This document shows, piece after piece, positions 1 through 11,153 of a stretch of 64,000 nt of DNA. The translations under genes and the position numbers were made by a program. Numbering within the stretch: position 1 is the stretch's first letter; each line of letters begins with the position of its first letter. Source of the DNA: Lama glama (taxonomy: Eukaryota); NCBI GenBank assembly GCA_028534125.1, contig CM052817.1, positions 108,998,001 to 109,062,000 on the forward strand, written 5' to 3'. Under the pieces are notes generated by a model. The model was not told the origin of the DNA. It made no database searches and worked only from the letters and a program-made list of their open reading frames with translations.

Positions 1-568
1 CTATTAGCTGGTTGGGTTCCTGATTTTAACTTATGCCCTTAGTTTTTGAGAATTGTTCAGTTGTGAATCTGGTGAATTGAGTAACATTAACATTTATTAA
101 ACACTAAGTGTCAAGCATGTACAGGTGCTGACAGGAAAATAAATTCATGGCCACACTCTTCAAATTCCTGCTCCAGCTCTAAATAGTATAAATACGGACA
201 CTTCCCTGTGGCTCTGAGGGACAACAGCTTATCCCTTCCCCAGGTTTCCCTGCTATTTCTACTCAAGACACCATGGTTCCATGGGTTATGATGAAGCAGC
301 TAATGTCAATTATAGTCAGTTTTATATTGACCTGTTTCTATCAAACAAGTCGTTTCATGTGACAGCTCCAATCCTATTATGGAAATTTGTATTTCTTGTA
401 GTTTTCAGCTAATCCATCTCATGTTATAGAAAAACACACATGGCAGATTTCATTAGCAACTTTATTGCTTCTGTAGAAAAGTTCCTCCAGAAAGAACCTC
501 TATAATATAATGTTGATTGTCTTTTCCATGTTTATATGTTTATATACATGTTCCATGTTTATATCCAG

Positions 569-708
569 CCATTTATTTAAGAAGCAGACCTTCCAGATTT
601 CCCAGATACCCAGCGGACATGCAGAAAGCCATCCCTAACGTGTCTTTGCCGCTAAGATTTGACTGGAGGGACAAGCATGTTGTAACGCAAGTGAGAAACC
701 AGCAGGCG
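569..708 (+). CDS. CTSO: Cathepsin O coding exon 3 (end of propeptide, start of mature enzyme)
   Basis: AG at 567-568 and GT at 709-710; 140 nt; encodes (A)IYLRSRPSRFPRY...LPLRFDWRDKHVVTQVRNQQA, including the papain-family LP..DWR motif and the oxyanion-hole Gln. Confidence 0.95.
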
Positions 709-1480
709 GTATGTTTTAAGATTTTTTTTTTCTTTTCTAATCATCTCAGCATGGGAGGTCACCTTTGAGGTCAAGTTCAATGAGACTTGCATTTCTGTAG
801 GTAAAATCACACCCCATCAGCAAAAAGTGACAGTGAAAGGAGAATCCTGCTGGAAGGAGCAGATGTAAAAGTCCTACCTGTATTCTGAGGCGAGCCTTGC
901 TGGCTGCTTCCCACACTGACACAGGGACACTGCCCTGTAGCTGTGCCAGGCCACCGAGCCTTCTGCAGACCCTCCAACAGAGGGCTGGGGGAGGCAGACT
1001 TGACTGCTAAATGCACAAGTAGTTCAAAAAGAGAACCACACCGAAAAAGTCACCTGGAATCAGATACCTTCACCACCAGAGTGCCCTGAGCCCTTGGGTG
1101 CTCATTCCTTGAGCGCCATCAGAAAACTTAGCCCCAGCCCCACCCGGGCAGGATCACACACATTTTATCTGTGATCCTTAAAGATGCAGTCAGCCCTGCT
1201 ATAATGTGACATAAATGTTCCTTAAAAATCGCCCACTGTACAAAATCCTGCAATAAGGATTGCAGGAGAAGTGAAGTCAGGGTACAGCACTAAAAAAGTG
1301 CGTGACGCTTTAAAGAAAACACAGGAAAGTAATCCAAGTGTCAGGACAGTTTTACACGTGGTAAGTGATAAAGAAGTGAATCAGCACAGCAATAAATGCA
1401 GCCTTTTACCCTGAGCGAGCCTGTGGGGGTGGAGGCGGGAGGGGCTGCAGCTTGTGAGTCCTTGTAAAGAGTGTAAAATC

Positions 1481-1700
1481 AGGAGTTTGAGATTTGCAGA
1501 TACTAACTACTACATATAAAATAGATAAGCAACAAGTTTATACTGTGTAGCACAGGGAACTAGATTCAGCATCTTACAGTAACCTATAATGAAAAAGAAT
1601 ATATGCATGTACACATATGACTGAATCAGGATGCTGTGCACCAGAAACTGACACATTGTAACTGACTATACTTCTGTTTTTTAAAAATGGAAGAAAAAAA
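1481..1700 (+). mobile_element. L1 3'-end fragment (cetartiodactyl type)
   Basis: ggagtttgagatttgcagatac...agcacagggaac...tgactatacttc plus an A-rich tail; the same motif recurs elsewhere in the window. Confidence 0.8.
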
Positions 1701-3127
1701 GGGTGTAGGTGGGTGTGCACCTCCCCGGTGGTGAGCCCCCTGCGCTGGCAGCTGGTGGAGGGCAGGTGTGCGTGCTCTGCGCCCCCGCCAGGCACACGGA
1801 GTGTCTAGTGCTGCGGGAAGTCGGTCCCTGGACACAGGGACGTGGTCTCAACTCGTCTGCATTGGGAACCTCAACGGGCCGTTCAGCCTCCTCTCGTGAG
1901 GCCCGTGTCCTGAAGCCGGCGCTTCCGTCTTGTTGGGATGATCCTTTTTTATGTCTCAGGTTCTGTACTGAATGTTGTGCATTCAATGCCACCACCAAAT
2001 CCTTTGCTTTATTATTGGATCCATAGTCAAATGTGTGGGAGTCTGAAACCATCCAGGAAGTGCCTATATTGTGTGAAAGGGGAACTTTTAACTAGAAATC
2101 CCTTTACTAGAGGAAGGCCCTCCTGGGTGGCTCTGGGGAGGTGACCTAACGCTAGCCATCACTTTAGTGTCAGGGTCTGCACTGACATTGCTCAAGGGGC
2201 GGAGACCCTGCAGTGGAGTCCCTGAGTGGAGGTCTTGCTCTGCTCTGGGGACAGACACGCAGTAGGTAAGACCGCTTGAAGCCGCTCAGAACTTCACTCC
2301 ACAGAGACGGCCAGGTGCCCCTCCTTTCCTGCAGCACGTGGGGCCCAGTCGGTTCTGCCCAGCCTCAGCCCTGCTCTCATCCCTGCCTTCTCTGTGACCC
2401 TTCATTCTTGTGTGAAATCCCAAGGACGTTTCCTCCACCTCCCCCCTTGCTTCCAGGACCAGCACTTTATTCTTCTGGTCTTGTTTGTCCGAATTACCAG
2501 ATCCAACATCAGGAAACTCGTCAGCCAGTATTTCAGGGAGGAAGGATCCGTATGGGTTTCCACTGTGAGACGTTTCGATGCATTCATGATGTGCCCGCGC
2601 TGGCAACCGGATAGACTGGAAACTCGTTCACGGAGCCCTGTGTCCGTCAGATAAGGACTGCCCCGCGGGCACCTGCAGCCTCACCCCCGCCTCGCTGTCC
2701 TGCCGCCCCCGGGGGAGCTGGTGAACCGCACAGCAGCAGTGTCGGGGTGACGCCTGGAGGGGGCGGGGGGGGGTACACTTCTTCAGGACAGAGGCCACCT
2801 GTTCAGTGACCTGATTCACTTTTGAAAAGGCCTTCAGTCCAAGCGTCTCCCCAGTCTCTAAAACTCACTTTGATTTTGCGTTGTCCAACTTACCGTAGCG
2901 ACACCGCCCATGTACCTTGCATCTGTGACTAGATTTTGATGCTTCTAAGAGATTTGGTTGTCTTTTCTCTTTTCCATTGGAAAATCTCCAGGGTCAGCGT
3001 CTGTGCTCTGCCGGCCTCCGGACCCTGCTCACTTGACCCGGCTCGCTCGCGCGGGACGTCTAGAGGCGCGGTGAGCTGGGTGTGGGGGCCCTGGCTGACG
3101 GGCACCGCTCTGTCTCCCCGGCCGCAG

Positions 3128-3295
3128 TGCGGCGGCTGCTGGGCTTTCAGCGTGGTGGCGGCCGCCGAGTCCGCGCGCGCCAGGGCGGGGCAGCCTCTGG
3201 AGGCCCTGAGTGTCCAGCAGGTCATCGACTGTTCCTACAACAACTACGGCTGCAGCGGAGGGTCCACGCTCAGCGCCTTGAACTGGCTCCGTAAG
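3128..3295 (+). CDS. CTSO: Cathepsin O coding exon 4 (catalytic Cys)
   Basis: cag|TGC...AAG|gt; 168 nt; CGGCWAFSVV...LSVQQVIDCSYNNYGCSGG, the C1A protease active-site motif. Confidence 0.97.
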
Positions 3296-3439
3296 GTGCC
3301 TGCTTTTTTTAAACTGCCTGTTGCACGTCTGCTCAGAACTCAAGACAGTTCACTCTCACATACAAAGTAGTGTTTTCAGGTTCGGAAACGTAGGTGAGCC
3401 AAGCTGGAGTCCATCACAAGGTTTAAGGATAAGTCGCTT

Positions 3440-3668
3440 TGGTGGTTCTGGGTCTTGTGCGATTCCATGTAAATTTTAGGATCACGTGTCCTAGTTCTGT
3501 GAAAGTTGTCCTGGGTGATTTGATGGGGATCGTGTTAAATCTGCAGTGGCAGTGTGGCCATTTTAACAATATTGATTGTTCCAACCCAACAGTGTGGGAT
3601 ATCCTTCCATGTCTTTAAGTTTTCTCTGATTTCCTTAATCAGCGTTTCATAGTTCTCCACATGTAAGT
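3440..3668 (-). mobile_element. L1 ORF2 fragment, antisense
   Basis: gattccatgtaaattttaggat...tagttctgtgaa...ggccattttaacaatattgatt is typical antisense L1 ORF2. Confidence 0.75.
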
Positions 3669-3884
3669 GTGAGTTTGGGATTAGCACATACACACTACTA
3701 TATATAAAATAAACAAGGTCCTACTGTACAGCACAGGGAACTATATTTGATACCTTGTAATAGCTTATAATGAAAAAGAATATGAAAAGAAATATATATG
3801 TATAACTGAGTCACTATGCTGTACACCAGAAACTAACACAACACTGTAAATTGACTATACTTCAATTTTAAAAATTTTAAAAAC
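3669..3884 (+). mobile_element. L1 3'-end fragment
   Basis: gagtttgggattagc...gtacagcacagggaactatat...ctatacttcaat plus tail. Confidence 0.8.
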
Positions 3885-4032
3885 GGGGAGGGTATACCTC
3901 AGTGGTAGAGCACATGCTTAGCATGCACGAGGTCCTGTGTTCAATCCCCAGTACCTCCTCTAAAAATAAGTAAATAAATAAACCTAATTACCTCCCTCTC
4001 TCCTGCAAAAAAATAAAATAAATAATTTTTTT
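3885..4032 (+). mobile_element. tRNA-Ala(AGC)-derived SINE (camelid Vic-1-like)
   Basis: Head GGGGAGGGTATACCTCAGTGGTAGAGCACATGCTTAGCATGCACGAGG...GTTCAATCCCCAG, then aaacctaattacctccc and an A-rich tail; TSD AATTTTAAAAAC at 3873-3884 and 4033-4044. Confidence 0.85.
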
Positions 4033-5087
4033 AATTTTAAAAACACATAAGAACATTAGATTATGATATTCTACAGCAGGAAAAAAATGAAAAAAAAAAA
4101 AAAAAGAATCACTTCCGGGCAGGTCAGCCATGGAGAAATCAAAATGTGAAAAACTTACCTGAAGTCTGTTTTCAGAAAATTATTTAACATTGCTTAATAA
4201 ATGCTTTTTTGCAGATATATAATAATGCATAATGACCCAGAAAGATGAGGGTGTATGATTATTCAGTTCCATAGGATTTCTGATTAAGGTTAATGTTAAG
4301 GTTAAGGTTCTGAAAATTGAGGTTAAAAGGGACACTGGAGATCAGCAAAACGTGCAGCTCTTTATGGAGATGCGGAAATGAGCCCTGAGAGGTGAGGTCC
4401 TGTTGCCAAGCCAGTAGCTGAGATGGAAATGCACCCTGGCCCTCTCCCCTCCTCGTCTCCGGGGGCTTTACCCAGGTACACTCTCTGACATCCTCCTGGA
4501 TTCAGCGTCAACTGGGCGAGACCAGCCAGAGAGGGTGCTAGCAGGATGTGTAGACACGGTCCTCCACACTAACATCCTTCCCCACGCACCCACCGTGTTC
4601 ACGTCCCCACACACCAGGAGCTGCTCTGTGTGTCACACGCGACAGTGCGTAGCGTGCCCCTCACTCCCGGAAGCCCAGCGTTTGGAGGGGAGGATGCTGG
4701 CTGGACAGCTCTGAACTTCGTGGTCCACGCCAGATGCAGGGGCAGAGGGAAGTGGAGAGAAGGATGCTTGTGAGGTGGAGTGAGCCTCAGTGGTGGCCGG
4801 TGAGCGTGAGTGACACTGTTGCACCTGATCAGTAGATCGGAGGTCCTAGGAAAACGAGGCTCAGGAGAAACAGGAGCAAAGGACAAAGAAAGACATCGAG
4901 GTTAATTACCTAGGACGTCCACAAAAAACACCAAAAGCTTGACTTTATAAGATGTTAATAACTCCAGGAATACCCACATGACGAAGGTGGCCAAGCGGAA
5001 TCTTACTTCACACATTGTAACAAGTTCTATTTCATTTTTAAAGCAGCCTTGTGACGGAGAATATGTGGGGTGATTGTTTTCCTTTAG

Positions 5088-5209
5088 ATGCAAGTGAAGC
5101 TGGTGAGCGACTCGGAATACCCGTTTACAGCCCAGAACGGCCTGTGCCGCTACTTTCCAGCTTCACATTCTGGATTTTCAATCAAAGGTTATTCCGCGTA
5201 CAACTTCAG
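5088..5209 (+). CDS. CTSO: Cathepsin O coding exon 5
   Basis: tttag|ATG...TTCAG|gtatgt; 122 nt; MQVKLVSDSEYPFTAQNGLCRYFPASHSGFSIKGYSAYNF. Confidence 0.95.
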
Positions 5210-6647
5210 GTATGTGTCTTCTTCTGTTGTGTTCTCCGTGTTTCTTAATTTACTTTCTGTGGACTGTTTGGAATTAATAACTTGATTGACTACATCACTG
5301 CGTACCCTTAATTGTTTTAAAACCGACTTTTTACTGGAGACGAATTGGTGATCACCATAGAGTTCTAGAGATGCCGTTTCTTAAATGCGATCTAATTATT
5401 TTCCCATGGGTCATTACAAATAGAAATAGCAAACTTAAAGTCACACATTTAAATCCAGTTTAAGGTATAATTGACATTTACATCTCTTTCCAAATTTAAG
5501 TGTCCCGGTTACCCTTAGCATGTTTCAATCTTACTCTTGAATCAACAAAAATCACTTTGTGTGGACACTCTGGCTAATGCCAGGCAGTCTCCTTACCAAG
5601 AACCCTCTGTATTGCTGGCATCTTTCAAGTCACCAGCTGGGAGGAAGGCGTAAACTGAAGTTCTCCTCCCAGGGCCGAGAGGGGAGAGCATGCTGAGGGG
5701 TCAACGAGGTCATGCACCCAGAAGCGTGAGAGGATGCAGGGGTCAGGGGGACTGGAGAGGAAGGGGACCGGGGTGGGAACCTGAAGGTCACGGTGACTCT
5801 GGACAGGCTCAGGGAAAATAAACATTAGAAAATGCTTTAACAGCACATGAGAACTCCAAGTGCCTAGGGGTCCTTTATGACCATTGCATGTGGTGCAAAA
5901 TAGGTGCTCAGGGTGACAAGGACAGAGGAAGATTCGCCCAACTTCTGGCTTCTCTTAAAAAAAAAAAATGAACAGAGCTTTGCACAGTCTTTTAAAACAG
6001 AGAAAATAGAAAGATTAAATTAAATCCATCTAAGGTGACAGACTGCCCTGATGCTCACTGAATGTACTCTTGGTCCAGTTGGTGTCTCCCCGTGGGTCTG
6101 AAAGAAGTCCAGGGTGAGATTGGGTCCTTGTCCAAAATGGACCCTCTGATAACCATCTGTGAGTCAGGGGACGGGCTATTGGTCCACACGGCTCCCGTCT
6201 GCAGGAGGGGCTTTCAGGGAGACTAGGGACCATGTACCAGGCACCTCGGTTCTGAGAGGGCAGGACACACAGAACGCATGATGGACGTGCAGTCACTGAG
6301 CACACTGGTCCACACCTCCTTTGAGGGTGAAGATAACGCACTTTCTAAACGGGAAAGTGAGTTCCTGGAGAATCTAGGTGAGGCGTGTGCAGACAAAGGA
6401 GCCAGATCTTCAAAATGTCATGAGAAAAGACTCAGGGAGTCCCTTGTCCTGAGAAGCAAATTGGAAAATATTAGGAAGAAACAAGAGAAAAGGGATTGGT
6501 GTGAGTTAGAGAGACAGTGAGAGAGGGAGGGAAGGAGGTGGGAGACAAGGCAGCAGTCGCTGCACTGGGCTTGAAACAGGAGTCACCCGGCCTTTGGTTA
6601 GACAGGAGAGGCCCCTAAAAAGTCCCCATGTTTGGCTGGGAAGGGAT

Positions 6648-6755
6648 AAGTTTGGAGTTCGGGATTAACAGACACACACTACTGTGTATAAAGTAGCTAA
6701 ACAACAAGGCCCTACCGTACAGCACAGGGAACTCTATTCACTACCTTGTAGTAAC
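6648..6755 (+). mobile_element. Short L1 3' UTR fragment
   Basis: ggagttcgggattaacagacacacactac...acagcacagggaactctattc. Confidence 0.7.
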
Positions 6756-7329
6756 AAGACAGTTAGAAATGCCTGCTTACAGATCTTCAAAACAGATCTT
6801 TACGTTAACAGGTAACATGAGTAAATGTTTCGAGTGAATGTGTGGTTTCTATTTCAATAAATTCCACTGTTTTGCACTCGTGTTTTTTTCCTCATCTGTG
6901 CACAGAATATCCCCTTGATGGAAGCTGATCTCTGGCTGGCATGATGAGGGATTACTCATTCTTCAAGCCACTAATTCACCGTGGTTTGCTGCAGCCATAA
7001 ATTCCCAAATGCTATCTTAATGGCCTGAAATATCAGTCACTTGGCTTCAGTGTCCTGCACCCACATAGCTGAACTTTAAAAATGTAAATTAATGGTCTAA
7101 TCATGTCCTTGTAAGATCCATGAAGGCGGAGTACTGTGTAATGTCAGACTTTATCAGTACAAGTCCGCGTGCGAAAGCAGTAACTATCTCTTGCCGTCTT
7201 CACAATTTGCTCCTAGTTCTGTGGCATCTTAACATTCTCTACCCCAAGATTTTATTCACCTCTTTTGGGTAGCCCTTCCCTGTAATTTCTTTATTTGATG
7301 TTCACTAACTTAAGTTGGCTGGTCTCGCA

Positions 7330-7790
7330 ATTCTTCCTGGTGTGGCAGAGATGGCGAGATATCTCCACACATCCAGGCTTTCCATTTTCCTTATTAAAGA
7401 ATCCCCGTGTTGCAGCTGGGTACTTTGTAGCCAAAACTTTGTTTCCCATCTTCCTTGAAGCTAGACGTGGCCATCTGTCTGAGTCGTAGCCACTGAGACC
7501 CATGCAGATACATACAGCAAGTGGGATCGCTTCTGGGATCTCAGCAGGGATGCAGCACTTCCTTTTCCACTTTCTGCTGTCTGAAATACATGTGAAATGG
7601 CTGGAGCTCCAGCAGCCATTGTGGACCGTGAATTGACCTGGAGAATGGAAACCTCATATACAACCAGCTGGGTTTCTGGTGTTCTGGACTCCCACAGCCA
7701 CCCTGGACTGCCAACCTTACAGACTTTTTTTAGCCTCCATCACTTAGGTCTTGGTAATTGCCACCAAACCTACTCCTAACCATGTTCAGA
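7330..7790 (+). mobile_element. MLT1 (MaLR) LTR remnant
   Basis: atggctggagctccagcagccattgtggacc...cagccaccctggactgcc resembles MLT1I/J/K; boundaries approximate. Confidence 0.55.
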
Positions 7791-7866
7791 TTAAATAGAT
7801 CACTTTGATGAGATATTTTTACCTTGAAAATGAAACTTCTTAACCCAACATTTCCTCTTTTGGTAG

Positions 7867-8030
7867 TGACCAAGAAGACGAAATGGCAAAAGTGCTCCTT
7901 ACCTCAGGCCCCCTGATAGTGATAGTGGATGCAGTGAGCTGGCAGGATTACCTGGGCGGCATCATACAGCATCACTGCTCCAGCGGGGAGGCAAATCACG
8001 CCGTTCTCGTGACCGGCTTTGACCGAACAG
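7867..8030 (+). CDS. CTSO: Cathepsin O coding exon 6 (catalytic His)
   Basis: gtag|T...ACAG|gtgagt; 164 nt; DQEDEMAKVLLTSGPLIVIVDAVSWQDYLGGIIQHHCSSGEANHAVLVTGFDRT; phases match exons 5 and 7. Confidence 0.96.
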
Positions 8031-8150
8031 GTGAGTGCTAACAAGACTTGATGGCTGCTTTCCAGCTTGACCTGCAGTTTGACAAGTGGTTGCTAGTCTT
8101 TAAAATGCTGAAATTGGTCCTGTTATCGCTAAGTCCTCATAACCTTACAG

Positions 8151-8460
8151 TTTTTCTTTTTTCTGTTTTCTTTTTTTTTATTTCTTTAAAAAAATTTTTA
8201 TTGAAGTGTAGTTGATTTACAATGTTAGTTTCAGGTGTACAGCAAAGCAATTCAGTTATACATATACATACATATATGTTTTCTTTTCAGATTCTTTTCA
8301 TTATAGCTTATTACAAGAAATTGAATACAGTTCCCTGTGTTGTACAGTAGGTCCTTGTTGTTTATCTATTTTATATTCAGTAGTGTGTTTTATATATAGT
8401 AATGGTTACCAAGGGGAAAAGGGCAGGGAGGGATAAATTAGGAGTTTGGGATTAGCAGGT
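8151..8460 (-). mobile_element. 5'-inverted L1 3' end
   Basis: T-rich tail and antisense L1 3' UTR to about 8398, followed by the adjacent upstream segment in sense orientation (8399-8458). Confidence 0.8.
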
Positions 8461-8894
8461 GCAGCTTTTCACTAGACCTGCAGGAAAAAACACCTGTGGG
8501 TTCCCTTTGGCGGATGCCTTGTTAAACTGCTCCTAAACTCTGATGTAAATAATGTGCCTTCTCAATCTGGAGTATTTAGAATAACTGTTGGGAAAATAAA
8601 GTGCATGGTATCATATTTATCTAATGATTAATTTTTTTCCTTTTTCAAATTCCCTGGAAATGTGTGTGTGTGTTTATTTTGTGCAGTAACCATATCAAGG
8701 AAGCAAATTCAAACATATTTTCCATTGATTGGCTTGTGACACAGCTCATGTTTACTTAGCTAAATTTGGCATAAGTTACATTTTTTTAATCTTTTTTTTA
8801 GAGCCACTATACTTTTCCAAAACCAAACTTTAAATAAGCATTCTTTTACCACAAATATATTCTCTGGGGTTTGTTACCATTCTATGTTTTGTAG

Positions 8895-8987
8895 GAAGTC
8901 CTCCATATTGGATTGTGCGGAACTCATGGGGAAGTTCGTGGGGAGTTGACGGCTATGCCCACGTTAAAATGGGAGGTAACGTTTGTG
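8895..8987 (+). CDS. CTSO: Cathepsin O coding exon 7 (catalytic Asn)
   Basis: gtag|GA...TGTG|gtgagt; 93 nt; [30 protein letters not shown] (NSWG motif). Confidence 0.96.
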
Positions 8988-10110
8988 GTGAGTCATGAAT
9001 TTACATGGTACACTCCAGGCTGAGTGTCAAGGAAGGGACTTGGAGTGTATGAAAATCACAAACCTGTCCAGTCCGTCTTGTGTGCCCAGGGTACCCAAGT
9101 CACCTTTACAGTAATAACCTTCATCCTTTAGCCAACTGATAAAACTAAAATCATGTTTAAAAAAAAGACACTGCTGCACATAACCCTGTTTTCAAAGAGG
9201 GAAGGGACTGTAGTAAAAAACCAATATAATGAGCAAACCACTGCAAGATATAGTAATAGTTTACCCAAGTGAACTACTTTGAAAACCAGAAAAGTACTCG
9301 ACTTGGGGGGCTGAACTTCCCCAAAACTGTCTCCGAGTTCCAAATTTGCTTCGTATAGCTGTACGGTCTTCCATTCTTTTATGTATGATAACACCTAGTT
9401 AGGATCATCAGGAATCACCTTTTCTTGGTATCAAAATGGATGCAAATCCGAACATTCAGATTGTTTCTGGTTTAATATGCCCCTTGTCACCTACAACCTT
9501 CTAGCCAAGCACCCACTGGAATAGAGAGGCTTAAGCCAATAGCACACATGCTCTTTTATTGAATAACAACATTTTTTTGTTAATTAACAACAAGCCAAGT
9601 TAAAAATAGCTATTTATGTCTTTTCACCATATTCTAAAATCTGTACTCAAACTGTATTCTAAAACTTTTGATCTAGAAAATAGCATATTTTCCAAATCAG
9701 GCTGGACTCAAAACTATATTGTGTATGAGAGAAATCATTTAATTTCTTGTTAGCTCTTACATATATACAACTTTTAAAAACTTTACAACAATCCAGATGG
9801 CGATATTTATGATAGAAGAGACTTATGGAAAAATTTGAGAGTTTATGTTTTGATTCAGTCAGGTGAGGACTGCCCAATTGTTCCATAAAGTGGAATCCAT
9901 GCAATTTAATACATGGCCTGTCCCATCACCCCAGTAAAACATGTTCCATAAACTATGTATTGAAAGGAGTCAACATCCTAGGAATCTTTCAGCCAGCAAC
10001 CCAATCAGGCCTCGACTTTTCAGCATCACTGGGGGGTTGACATCATCAGAAAATGCAGATGAATTGATGCTGCCACTCCTTGAACCCCCTGCCACTAGCC
10101 ACAACTTACC

Positions 10111-10717
10111 TCAGCACGAAAGGACACAGACCCCAGCAGCAGGGCGGAAGCGATCAGCATCCTTCTCCAAGACAGGACTTCACTGTGATTGGCTGTGTCT
10201 TTGAAATCTCTTGAGGCCATGGAAGCCCATCTGCCTTGCGCCACTGTCCATAAAAGTGATGTGATCACGGTCGAGGACCGAAGCTGTGGTTGGAGCGGGG
10301 TCTGGGTTACAGTTATCTCCCGTGCACCTGCAGTGCCGGTTCTGGGCTGAGGGCAGCCGCCTTCACAGCCCTGGCAGGAGAGTTGCAAGAATATAATTCA
10401 GTTACAGGCTCATTATCGCCTCAGTTAAGTCCACAGCCTCTTCCCCAGTCCCCAGCCATAAAGGGTGAGTTCAGATAATTTCTCCTCTCCACCCATTTCC
10501 CAGTTTCAGTCTCCATCTCCTGCCTGGTTGACTAGTACTTATAAAGGAACTCAAATCCTTTCCTGAAAGTTAAATCCCTGATGGTGATCACATTACTCTT
10601 ATATACAATGGCCCTGAGAGATTTCAAAGACACAGCTAATCACAGTGAAATCCTGTCTTCAAACTGGATGTTTAATCACTTCCACCGTGATGCTGAGGTC
10701 TGTGTTCTTTTGTGCTA
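10111..10717. repeat. Long imperfect inverted repeat in CTSO intron 7
   Basis: 10111-10275 is the reverse complement of about 10577-10717; for example, gacaggacttcactgtgattggctgtgtctttgaaatctc pairs with gagatttcaaagacacagctaatcacagtgaaatcctgtc. Confidence 0.9.
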
Positions 10718-11118
10718 AGAAAATGGTAGCAGGCTGGTAACTTATTGAAAGTTTATTAGACTCCAAATCTTAGAATTTAAATCTTCAAATTGTATTTAAA
10801 ATAATCCTAAAAATAATTTTACTGCCTCTAAGCAATATATATATATAGTGCAATACATTTCAGATACATTCACCTGTTCAGTTAATAAGTTGTTTGTTTG
10901 TTTCTTTGGTAGTTTCTTGAAACAAAAATATGAGGCATCTCTTCTAATACCTGCTTCTGAGGTTGCCGTGTTTACACTGACAGGTGGTTGTAACCAGCAA
11001 ATTACTTTCTTGATAGATATTAACTCTTTCTGAACCTAAATGAAAGTGGTTTCAATTTGCTGTTTGAAAGGCAGGTAAGGAAGAACAGGGCGGTACTGAC
11101 CATTTCTTCTTCTCTTAG

Positions 11119-11153
11119 GCATTGCGGATTCTGTTTCTGCTGTGTTCGTGTGA
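11119..11153 (+). CDS. CTSO: Cathepsin O last coding exon
   Basis: Polypyrimidine tract then ttag|GC ATT GCG GAT TCT GTT TCT GCT GTG TTC GTG TGA, giving (G)IADSVSAVFV*. Confidence 0.93.

Noticed and set aside
524..564. Short direct repeat ttccatgtttatat before the CTSO exon 3 acceptor; similar micro-duplications at about 21921 and 47978
   Set aside because: Ordinary slippage duplications; the acceptor AG and reading frame are unaffected.
3885..3958. Apparent tRNA-Ala(AGC) gene, also at about 22843-22920
   Set aside because: The stems are mismatched, the second copy has a ggtcc duplication, and both carry a shared non-tRNA tail and poly-A (the first also a TSD). These are SINE heads, not functional tRNAs.
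4284..4308. (TTAAGG)-like short tandem resembling a telomeric repeat
   Set aside because: Only about four imperfect units and not TTAGGG.
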